From positions 1 to 40,920 of IMG/VR virus record IMGVR_UViG_3300021086_000010: DNA of 40,920 bases. The stretch is one strand, 5' to 3'. Shown in pieces: positions 1 to 6,384 of this stretch (position 1 is the first letter of the stretch; every line of letters starts with the position of its first letter). This DNA comes from a virus. Lineage: Duplodnaviria; Caudoviricetes. Below the pieces are notes generated by a model that ran no database searches, had not been told where the DNA came from, and worked only from the letters and a program-made list of their open reading frames with translations. The translations under genes were made by a program, and so were the position numbers.

Positions 1-57
1 CCCGACCCCGACCCCGCCCACGACCCCGCCCACGACCTCGACCCCGCCCTCGACCAC
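1..57. repeat. Degenerate hexamer tandem repeat (CGACCN/CGCCCN), left part
   Basis: cccgaccccgaccccgcccacgaccccgcccacgacctcgacc...; the same repeat type forms the right end of the window. Confidence 0.9.
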
Positions 58-92
58 CGTTGGTATCGATTAGTCCTGGTGTTGAGATTCAC
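1..92 (-). CDS. 5' part of an Arg/Ser/Trp/Gly dipeptide-repeat peptide that spans the window junction (continues at 40920-40803)
   Basis: GTG at 92-90 overlaps the upstream TGA (GTGA). Reads MNLNTRTNRYQRWSRAGSRSWAGSWAGSGS and stays open to the window edge. Not in the ORF track. Confidence 0.75.
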   Translation of the reverse strand, partial: MNLNTRTNRYQRWSRAGSRSWAGSWAGSGS

Positions 93-346
93 TTGAGTAG
101 CCCATAACTTTCCACGGCCGACATGACCACGTACCAAACGCCAGGAAGTGGTTGAGCGTCTTTCCATTGCTTGTCGGAAAAGGCGCCAGTTTCGAAGACT
201 ACCGCCGCATTGTCCAGTTTGGCGAAGCGGTCGTTGACCCCGACCAACTTGCCCGTGTAGATATAATTGGCGCAGAATAGAGTGACCCGCTCACCAAGCA
301 GGTTCTCTAGTCCTTCGCCAGCTACTTCCTCGACTAATTTCCGCAT
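89..346 (-). CDS. Small beta-rich protein, putative Sm/LSm-like fold (85 aa)
   Basis: RBS GAGGGGAG before ATG 346. LENLLGERVTLF...YTGKLVGVNDRFAKLDNA resembles the Sm1 motif (helix, then V-x-V...G-x-L-x-G-x-D...L-x-N/D-A). Confidence 0.65.
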   Translation of the reverse strand: MRKLVEEVAGEGLENLLGERVTLFCANYIYTGKLVGVNDRFAKLDNAAVVFETGAFSDKQWKDAQPLPGVWYVVMSAVESYGLLK

Positions 347-420
347 GAGTGGATTCTCCCCTCTTTGGAGCATGAGCGCTCCAGCCTACGCCCCCAAAGA
401 GGCGCAGGGTGCAACGTTCA
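347..420 (-). promoter_or_regulatory. Two-hairpin early intergenic element (copy upstream of the Sm-like gene)
   Basis: Minus strand: TGAACGTTGC, hairpin CCTGCGCCTC/GGGGCGTAGG, hairpin GGAGCG-CTCA-TGCTCC, RBS, ATG. Confidence 0.7.
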
Positions 421-592
421 TTTCTCGGGAAACCGTAGGTTGTGGCCCACCCATCCGATAATACTCCGCCCATTCCTGACGGTAGGCAATATCGTCAGAT
501 TGGCAATTCGACTTCCGATCCACCAAGCGTTGGATGATTTCTAGGACAGGTTGTATTTCCGGTTCAGTGAGCCTGGGTGCTTTGCGTGACAT
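386..592 (-). CDS. Hypothetical protein
   Basis: GGAGGGTACC RBS directly upstream of ATG 592; co-oriented within the early operon. Confidence 0.7.
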   Translation of the reverse strand: MSRKAPRLTEPEIQPVLEIIQRLVDRKSNCQSDDIAYRQEWAEYYRMGGPQPTVSREMNVAPCASLGA

Positions 593-605
593 GGTACCCT
601 CCGTT

Positions 606-983
606 CTAGGCGACGATCGCCAGCCGTTCCCCGCCGAGCGAAGAATCGGCAGTGATCCAGCTGCCGGGAATGGCCTGAATCGAGACGCACAGCCGACGGC
701 AGTGCCCCCCTTCCCGATTCACTTGGGCGCAGAGATCGCCTACTGCGGTCCTGGCGATCTGCTCGCAAGAAAGGAAATTGGGGATATTGCGATATTTCCT
801 AGCGAAATAGTTGGGAATGGTGTTGTTGTCCAAGAGATACCCGTTGGAATTGAGATCCTCCGGGCGTCCCTCGACCTTCACCCGATAATGCAATACCGTC
901 ATTCCCCGATTGCCGCACTGATTCTTATTGGTGCGGGTATGGTGGACGCTGAACGTTCCTTCCCGTTCCAGCGCGATTAACAT
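606..983 (-). CDS. Divergent QueD/PTPS-like (T-fold) protein, 125 aa
   Basis: GGAGGGTACACCC-ATG at 983 (the 226-aa track ORF is over-extended). FSVHH..C..HYRVKVEG..DLNSNGYLLD..SCEQIA parallels the QueD pattern FSAAH..C..HGHxYxVEVxG..LDxxGMVxDF..PTxENIA. Confidence 0.55.
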   Translation of the reverse strand: MLIALEREGTFSVHHTRTNKNQCGNRGMTVLHYRVKVEGRPEDLNSNGYLLDNNTIPNYFARKYRNIPNFLSCEQIARTAVGDLCAQVNREGGHCRRLCVSIQAIPGSWITADSSLGGERLAIVA

Positions 984-1054
984 GGGTGTACCCTCCGGAG
1001 CTTGAAGCCGCTCCCCACGACATCCGAACAACGTCGGATGCCGGTGGCAATGGC
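984..1054 (-). promoter_or_regulatory. Two-hairpin early intergenic element
   Basis: TTGC, hairpin CGGCATCCGA/TCGGATGTCG, hairpin GGAGC..GCTCC, then GGAGGGTAC RBS. Confidence 0.7.
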
Positions 1055-1279
1055 TTACGGTGCGCGCCCGCTTGGGAGCGCAGCTTTCGGGAACCCTGGG
1101 CAGGCGCATCGGGCCGCGAGGGCCACGCAGCGGTTTGTTCGTGTCAGCGAGCCGGGCTGCGGTAAGGTGTGGCGGGAGAGCTGGTGTCTGCAGTCTGGAC
1201 AACGCGGATTCGAGTCGATTGGCTCGACCCCAGTGATCGTTTGCGGACTGCCTATGCATCCAGGGATTATCGTCTTCAT
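1055..1279 (-). CDS. Small Cys/His-rich (Zn-binding) hypothetical protein
   Basis: CPDCRH..RH..C..CAC pattern; GAGGG RBS upstream; stop immediately precedes the hairpin element. Confidence 0.7.
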   Translation of the reverse strand: MKTIIPGCIGSPQTITGVEPIDSNPRCPDCRHQLSRHTLPQPGSLTRTNRCVALAARCACPGFPKAALPSGRAP

Positions 1280-1282
1280 TGT

Positions 1283-1483
1283 TCACCCTCGATCGTCGGG
1301 ATAGTGACTATAGGCGTGATTCAGGAGGTATAAGCCATTTCCTCCGGATAGTGAGCCCTGCGTATTTTTGCGGATCTTCCAGGCTGCGGTACACTTCTGG
1401 CAGTGGAAAATGAATGATCCGCGCAGGCTGGTGATCGTAAACCACTTCGCGAGTGCTTGTAAGTCTTCTGGCAATTGTGCCAT
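1283..1483 (-). CDS. Small Zn-finger-like hypothetical protein
   Basis: ATG 1483 lies 1 nt after the upstream stop; CQKC...HAYSH pattern. Confidence 0.7.
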   Translation of the reverse strand: MAQLPEDLQALAKWFTITSLRGSFIFHCQKCTAAWKIRKNTQGSLSGGNGLYLLNHAYSHYPDDRG

Positions 1484-1484
1484 C

Positions 1485-1934
1485 TTACCCCCGATCGTCG
1501 GAATAGTGCTGGACGGGAATGTAGTTGTCTGGAGCGGATTCCTTGGCCCTGAGCCGTTCGGATGGAGAGGCATTGGCCAAGTTGCCGGTCAATTTGATCG
1601 GAGCGGTGGAGGTATTAATTCCGGCCGGCACTTCCACTTGCTTGATCCGAGCCGGAACCGGCGGGGGAGGCCTGGTCGCCATTACCGCTCCTCGAGCAAC
1701 CGCCCGAGCGATCTTGGCCGACCGCTCCTCCACGCAGAACAGGCAGAATGCCCGGTCCTTGCTCGCTGCGTCATAAGCCCGCGAGGCAACTGCTCGTAGG
1801 ACGAGTGACGCATTGCGTTCCCGGAGAGTTGCCAGCACTCCTAGATAATGCGATAAATGACGCGCATGGTCATGGGGAGCTATGGCGCCTCCCCGGAAAG
1901 CGTTGGATTGACGCAGTGTGGTAGAAAACCTCAT
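1485..1934 (-). CDS. Hypothetical protein
   Basis: GGAGGGTACACAC-ATG at 1934, downstream of the 68-bp repeat. Confidence 0.65.
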   Translation of the reverse strand: MRFSTTLRQSNAFRGGAIAPHDHARHLSHYLGVLATLRERNASLVLRAVASRAYDAASKDRAFCLFCVEERSAKIARAVARGAVMATRPPPPVPARIKQVEVPAGINTSTAPIKLTGNLANASPSERLRAKESAPDNYIPVQHYSDDRG

Positions 1935-1939
1935 GTGTG

Positions 1940-2007
1940 TACCCTCCTGCTGGAGCATGAGCGCTCCGGGATGCCCACGACTCACGTGGGACACCCGCAA
2001 CGTTCAG
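1940..2007 (-). repeat. 68-bp exact direct repeat, copy 1 (two-hairpin element; copy 2 at 40739-40806)
   Basis: taccctcctgctggagcatgagcgctccgggatgcccacgactcacgtgggacacccgcaacgttcag is identical at both sites. Confidence 0.95.
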
Positions 2008-2201
2008 CGCACCTTGGCGATCTTGCCGGCTTTCATGGTGATATTGGCAAACCACTTGCGCTGATATGGTCCAGGCCCGACTACGGTCAATTCGCCGTCG
2101 TGGCGGTATTCGGGACCGAACATGCTAGTCTCTTCGTAGCGTAGTCTTTGCCCGATTGCGGCCTTTAGGTCTTTCTTGGTCGGATAGTTTGCTGCGAGCA
2201 T
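2004..2201 (-). CDS. Small basic phage hypothetical protein; first gene of the leftward early operon
   Basis: AGGAGGGTACACAC-ATG; compact 65-aa globular-looking sequence. Confidence 0.8.
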   Translation of the reverse strand: MLAANYPTKKDLKAAIGQRLRYEETSMFGPEYRHDGELTVVGPGPYQRKWFANITMKAGKIAKVR

Positions 2202-2700
2202 GTGTGTACCCTCCTAACAGACGCATTGCGTTACAACGCGTCCGGCACGAGGGGAGACGATCCAGCGCCTACGTAAGCGCCTGGCGTGCGCTACCACGCA
2301 CACACTTGGACCGTCTCATCGTGCGGCCCGTAGGTCGATAGAGGGCTTTTCGGAGGCGCTTGACTGGCCATCGGCACCGGGCCGCGCAACCGCACGGCTT
2401 ACGCACCCTTGACACCAGCGGCACTCAGGGAGGGTTTCCCGAGCACCTGGCTACCTCCGCACGGCGCGCTGAACTTCCCAACGCCTCGCTCATCCCGTCC
2501 GGACGCGCCACGCTTGCTCACGCCCGTCCAAGTAGAGCTGCCGCTTCCCACTACCACAGTCCTACGGGCTACGTCCGGGGAGAGGGTCTCGACCCTCGAC
2601 TGCCCGGCCCGACAGCATACACCCTCGCGAGACTACCAGAACCCGGTAAGAATTACCGATTGACTACCCTCACACTATCAACTCCAGGATCCATGCTGCG
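2202..2700 (-). ncRNA. Candidate long structured leader / ncRNA
   Basis: No minus-strand ORF of 60 aa or more; many nested helices, including GCCCGTAGG/CCTACGGGC (2562-2570 with 2326-2334); lies between a promoter and the first gene. Confidence 0.5.
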
Positions 2701-2706
2701 AGGGAG

Positions 2707-2735
2707 ACTGTACTCTCCCGGAGGGGAGCTGTCAA
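2707..2735 (-). promoter_or_regulatory. Sigma70-type promoter driving the leftward early operon
   Basis: TTGACA (2735-2730), 17-nt spacer, TACAGT (2712-2707). Confidence 0.7.
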
Positions 2736-2787
2736 GTCCGGGGTTATCACTCCGGCTTATCACACCCATTGTCAATCATTATCGCAC

Positions 2788-2897
2788 GAGTATCACATAC
2801 TCAGTATCGGTACAGTCGTACTGTACACTGAGTGTACGGTACTCACGGTACGATACTCAGTATCCTACACCAGGGCTCGGCTACTCAGTACCGTACA
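2788..2897. repeat. Array of four quasi-palindromes YACT-S-AGTR with a 28-bp period
   Basis: tactcagta 2798, cactgagtg 2826, tactcagta 2854, tactcagta 2882. Confidence 0.8.
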
Positions 2898-3043
2898 CCG
2901 GGAGGGGGATACTCGGTAGACCCCGGTTCCGGTGATCCCGGAAAGCATGCTCCGCTTGGACCGCTTTCCACGGTGAGCGGAGCGAGGATCACTCCATGAC
3001 GGAGGTCTACACTGACATCATAACGCATCGCATTAGAGGTATC

Positions 3044-3331
3044 CTACTCCTTCCGGAGAGGATCCCCATCAGCATTCTGACGCAATGCGTCTCGGAGTTG
3101 TAGAGCCTGTTGGAGAGCGGAGATCACTTCGGGAAGGTCTTGGTCACGGACCCGAGCGCCCTGCTTGGTAGGCCGGAAGGTACCGTGGACCTTCTGGTAG
3201 ACGCGGAGGTGGGTACCCCACCGACCACGGAAGGAGTTACGGACTACTCGGAGCTCACTGGCGCCGGCCGCTCCCTCAACGATGAGGAGAGGCCAGGAAC
3301 CGAGCACCAAGTCGGAAGAATCTTCCTCCAT
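3044..3331 (-). CDS. PC4/YdbC-like ssDNA-binding protein
   Basis: ELRVVRNSFRG...HLRVYQ...FRPTKQGARV...L.E.I.AL matches the PC4 family pattern (F.G...DIR.Y.....PTKKGI); GAGGAGG RBS. Confidence 0.8.
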   Translation of the reverse strand: MEEDSSDLVLGSWPLLIVEGAAGASELRVVRNSFRGRWGTHLRVYQKVHGTFRPTKQGARVRDQDLPEVISALQQALQLRDALRQNADGDPLRKE

Positions 3332-3478
3332 GGGGTACCTCCTCGGGGAGGCGTAGCTCCCCGTGTACTACTCAGGGCTCCCGCCCTGTTTCTTCCCCCT
3401 GTTGGGGGAAGATTGAAACCCCCTTACTGGGGGCTCCGTCAATACCGTATTCTACGTACTTAGGCTACGCCAATGAAT

Positions 3479-3796
3479 TCACGGTGTTTTAACCTCATTT
3501 TTCTTCTCTGGGAGGAAGAGACGTTGGAAGCCAACGTCCGGGGAGTAGCGAAAGCAGGGGATCCCGTGAGCAGCGAGAGCCTTCATGCAGCGGGTCTGAG
3601 TGGAGCGCAGATTGAACGCTTGGTAGGGTTTCACCTCCACGCAGATGAGTCGCTCATCCTTGAAGGCCATGAAATCTGGCCATCCCCGCTTGGAGGGAGT
3701 AAACCCTTTTGCGAGCAACGCATCCCAGCATCTAGCTTCTGCAGGATTAGCTGGACAACGGAATGCGGGAACCCTGACTGCCTTATGGTTGGCCAT
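3479..3796 (-). CDS. VRR-NUC-like PD-(D/E)XK nuclease
   Basis: RGWPDF...ICVEVK....LRSTQ motif. Confidence 0.75.
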   Translation of the reverse strand: MANHKAVRVPAFRCPANPAEARCWDALLAKGFTPSKRGWPDFMAFKDERLICVEVKPYQAFNLRSTQTRCMKALAAHGIPCFRYSPDVGFQRLFLPEKKNEVKTP

Positions 3797-4213
3797 TTAG
3801 ACTCCCGAAGGTGATCTGGCCTGCCGTTCCTGGTCAGCCGACACTTCTTTGGCAGTCTCCTGGCTGCGTCCCTGGTCACTCCGAACCGTTCCACGATCTG
3901 CCACACCTCCAGCGGGTCCTTGCGCAGCACTTGCATCACCCTCCGGAAGACCCTCTCCAACTCCTTTCGCCAGGCACTGATCAGGTACTCTTCTCCGTCC
4001 GTAGATATGCCAGTATTGACGCTCTCTTAGACACTTCACCGATCCGCAGAGGATCGGTATCCGGCCTTTGTGCTCCTGCGACCAGATCGCCTGGCACCCC
4101 CAGCAGACGGTCACTAACAAGCCCAGCTTACGTTCAGCCGCGATCCAGGCGTTGAGATAGAAATGGCTCAGGCCGGATGGAGCAAAAGTGCGCTTTGCCC
4201 AAGGAGAAGGCAT
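3797..4213 (-). CDS. Hypothetical protein with CxxC/CxxxxC (frame of the 3' half uncertain)
   Basis: TGATG coupling at 4213 and TAAATG coupling at 3797/3796; CWGC and CGSVKC. Confidence 0.55.
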   Translation of the reverse strand: MPSPWAKRTFAPSGLSHFYLNAWIAAERKLGLLVTVCWGCQAIWSQEHKGRIPILCGSVKCLRERQYWHIYGRRRVPDQCLAKGVGEGLPEGDASAAQGPAGGVADRGTVRSDQGRSQETAKEVSADQERQARSPSGV

Positions 4214-4485
4214 CAGGATGGATCCTCCTCTTCGATTCGGACGATTCCGTCCGGACCATGCTCCAGCGCATGCTGGAGTTCCTGGGCGGCCGCCGCCGCC
4301 AGGCGGATCAGCCCCAGGGTGCATGTCTGGCAGAGATCCATTACGAATCCGCTCATCTGCGCAGCTAGGCAGATCGTCTCTCCACGGAGTACTTCAGCGC
4401 ACTGAATCACCCGCTGCCGGTCATGCAGATCCTTGGTCAGCTGGGGGATCGATCCAGGATCCCGAGAGACTACTTTTCGCTTCAT
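4213..4485 (-). CDS. Hypothetical protein
   Basis: GGAGG RBS before ATG 4485; stop overlaps the next start. Confidence 0.65.
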   Translation of the reverse strand: MKRKVVSRDPGSIPQLTKDLHDRQRVIQCAEVLRGETICLAAQMSGFVMDLCQTCTLGLIRLAAAAAQELQHALEHGPDGIVRIEEEDPS

Positions 4486-4656
4486 TGGCCCCTCCCATGC
4501 ATCATGTGGATAACTTTACCGCGTTCAGCCCAGAATTATACTCTGCGCTAAGCCCTGCGTCAATTCGCCACGTAGGGTATATTGAATACCGGAAGCAGTG
4601 GGAGCGGAAAATACACCCCCTGCATTAAAGGTAGAGGCTTTCGCGGAGGTGTAATT

Positions 4657-4854
4657 CTGTCGTCCACTTCTCCTTCTCAGGCCGGGCTGATGAATATTGC
4701 TGCTCACACCGCCGGTGGCTACGGAGGAGTGCCGCAAGCGGTGGGCGCTGAGTTTCATGCCGCTGACAAGGGCACCGGCATCCTGAAGCGGGGTAAGGAT
4801 ATTGCCCACATGAGCAAGGCCTTACGGCGTAAAGGTAGCGGAACTGGTGGATGA
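4657..4854 (+). CDS. Small phage protein (65 aa), probable CTG start
   Basis: GGAGG-7nt-CTG gives (M)SSTSPSQAGLMNIAAHTAGGYGGVPQAVGAEFHAADK, resembling a phage family I recall starting MPSxSxxQARLMxAAAH...VPQSVGKEF..ADK. Confidence 0.65.
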   Translation: MSSTSPSQAGLMNIAAHTAGGYGGVPQAVGAEFHAADKGTGILKRGKDIAHMSKALRRKGSGTGG

Positions 4855-4862
4855 TGAAAAAC

Positions 4863-4917
4863 CCTTGCCTTGCCTCACCGTGCCGCGCCCCGCCTGGCCC
4901 GGCCATGCAGCGCCATG
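4863..4917. repeat. Eleven tandem degenerate pentamers (CCNNG-type)
   Basis: ccttg ccttg cctca ccgtg ccgcg ccccg cctgg cccgg ccatg cagcg ccatg. Confidence 0.85.
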
Positions 4918-4960
4918 TCAAGCAAATATTTTATCCTGCGGTGCTGAATAGGTCAAGTCA

Positions 4961-5668
4961 TTGATCCCAGCCCTGATCGCCGTGAGACATGGCGCCACGG
5001 CTTGGAACTCGGAGACCCTGGGCCAGGACGAACGTCTCCGGGGGTGGACGGATCTGCCGCTCACTCCCCGGGGAATGGCCGAAGGAAAGGCGCTAGCAGC
5101 CCATCTCTCTCCCTTGCCCATCAGAGACGTATATACCTCCGACCTGAAACGAGCTACCGCAGTAGCCTTAAGCGTCGCCCAGCAGAATGTCGGCCGTCCG
5201 GCGGTCAGCATGGCTATGGCCCTCCGTCCCTGGAACGTCGGCCAGTGGGCTGGACAGCCGGTTAGACGTGTCTTGAAAACCATGCTCCAGTATCAAGGTG
5301 CTCTCCAAGATCGCCCTCCACCCGGCGGAGAGCCCTTCCGGGCTTTCCTCCAGCGTTTCCTTCACTTTGTCGGTCCCCGCTTCCAGCAGGCCATCGACCG
5401 GGGTCCGATTGCCCTGGTCTCCCATACCAGGAATCTCCGGGTGTTGGACGCCTGGATGAAAAAGGGCGGTCAGGGGACGGAGTTGGATAGCAAAATCATG
5501 CTGGATCGGGAGCACGTGGGGACCGGCTCGGGCTTGATGTGGCTGCACGACGGTAAAGCCTGGCAACGGCATGAATTGGGAAACACTTCTCGCAACGGCG
5601 CCGTCGGAGCAGAGAAGCAATACGATACTAGCAAAATGTCTCGGCAGTTGAGAGGAGCCGGCGGATGA
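4961..5668 (+). CDS. Histidine phosphatase (phosphoglycerate mutase family)
   Basis: VRHGAT.WN, RGWTDLPLTPRG, YTSDLKRA, PPGGE and LVSH motifs. Confidence 0.92.
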   Translation: MIPALIAVRHGATAWNSETLGQDERLRGWTDLPLTPRGMAEGKALAAHLSPLPIRDVYTSDLKRATAVALSVAQQNVGRPAVSMAMALRPWNVGQWAGQPVRRVLKTMLQYQGALQDRPPPGGEPFRAFLQRFLHFVGPRFQQAIDRGPIALVSHTRNLRVLDAWMKKGGQGTELDSKIMLDREHVGTGSGLMWLHDGKAWQRHELGNTSRNGAVGAEKQYDTSKMSRQLRGAGG

Positions 5669-6378
5669 AAGCAGAAATCGTCTCCTACGATGCCGGCAAG
5701 AATAACTCGGATCTGGAGCTTGCCCGGGGACGCATTCTCCGGGGTGGAAGTTGGAAGCAGCAGCGAGTCGTGGTGCTTATCCCCAGCGCTGCAATGATCT
5801 CGGCCAAGGTTGCCCTCAGTCACTGGAACGTCATGTTTCCTCCAAACCAAGCCGTTCATCGGATGCTGGCCCTGGGGCTGGAGGTGGGCGAGGCCTACAG
5901 TCAGTGTATCGAGATGATCCTCTCCCATCCGCAACTCTCCGGGTGGGAATACATCTTGACCATGGAACACGATAATATCCCTCCGCCGGATGGTCTCTTA
6001 CGACTGCTCGCTGATATGGAGACGCATCCGGAATTTTCCTGTATCGGCGGCATATATTTTACCAAGGGACCGGAGGGGGTCCCGCAACTCTGGGGCGACC
6101 CCACTGATCCGCAATTTAATTGCAGGCCTCAACCGCCCCGCCCCGGGATAAATGAAACATGCGGAGTCGGGATGGGCTTCAATCTCTGGCGCCTGTCCAT
6201 GTTCAAGGATAAGGCTCTTCGGCGGCCGTGGTTCAAAACGATAGCCTCAACCACCGAGGGAGTGGGTACTCAGGATCTTTATTTCTGGAGCGATGCGCGG
6301 ACCCATGGATATCGCTGTGCGGTTGATTGCGATGTTCGGGTGGGCCACCACGACCACGTAAACGACGTGACTTGGTGA
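5665..6378 (+). CDS. Glycosyltransferase, GT-A fold (GT2-like)
   Basis: YILTMEHDNIPPPD (DxD-like), GVGMGFNL, TQDLYFW, VDCDVRVGH; ATGA coupling. Confidence 0.8.
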   Translation: MKAEIVSYDAGKNNSDLELARGRILRGGSWKQQRVVVLIPSAAMISAKVALSHWNVMFPPNQAVHRMLALGLEVGEAYSQCIEMILSHPQLSGWEYILTMEHDNIPPPDGLLRLLADMETHPEFSCIGGIYFTKGPEGVPQLWGDPTDPQFNCRPQPPRPGINETCGVGMGFNLWRLSMFKDKALRRPWFKTIASTTEGVGTQDLYFWSDARTHGYRCAVDCDVRVGHHDHVNDVTW

Positions 6379-6384
6379 GATAAT

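Noticed and set aside
606-1286. 226-aa ORF as a single gene
   Set aside because: Its 5' half overlaps the 1055-1279 gene and a hairpin element; a strong SD-ATG at 983 marks the real start.
1940-2007. TTGC of the repeated element as a sigma54 -12 box
   Set aside because: In the copy checked there is no GG at the -24 position (GG-N10-GC not met), and the conserved feature is downstream pairing.
2788-2897. CRISPR array
   Set aside because: Repeat units are only 9-15 bp with a 28-bp period, too short for repeat-spacer units; no cas operon.
2360-2935. 191-aa plus-strand ORF
   Set aside because: TTG start without an SD; it runs through the promoter and palindrome array and has no protein-like character.
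4625-4921. 98-aa minus ORF containing ARHGEARQG
   Set aside because: It is a translation of the pentamer tract and is antisense to a better-supported gene.
4916-4921. TTGACA on the minus strand as a promoter
   Set aside because: No -10-like hexamer 16-18 nt downstream; that position falls in the GC pentamer tract.
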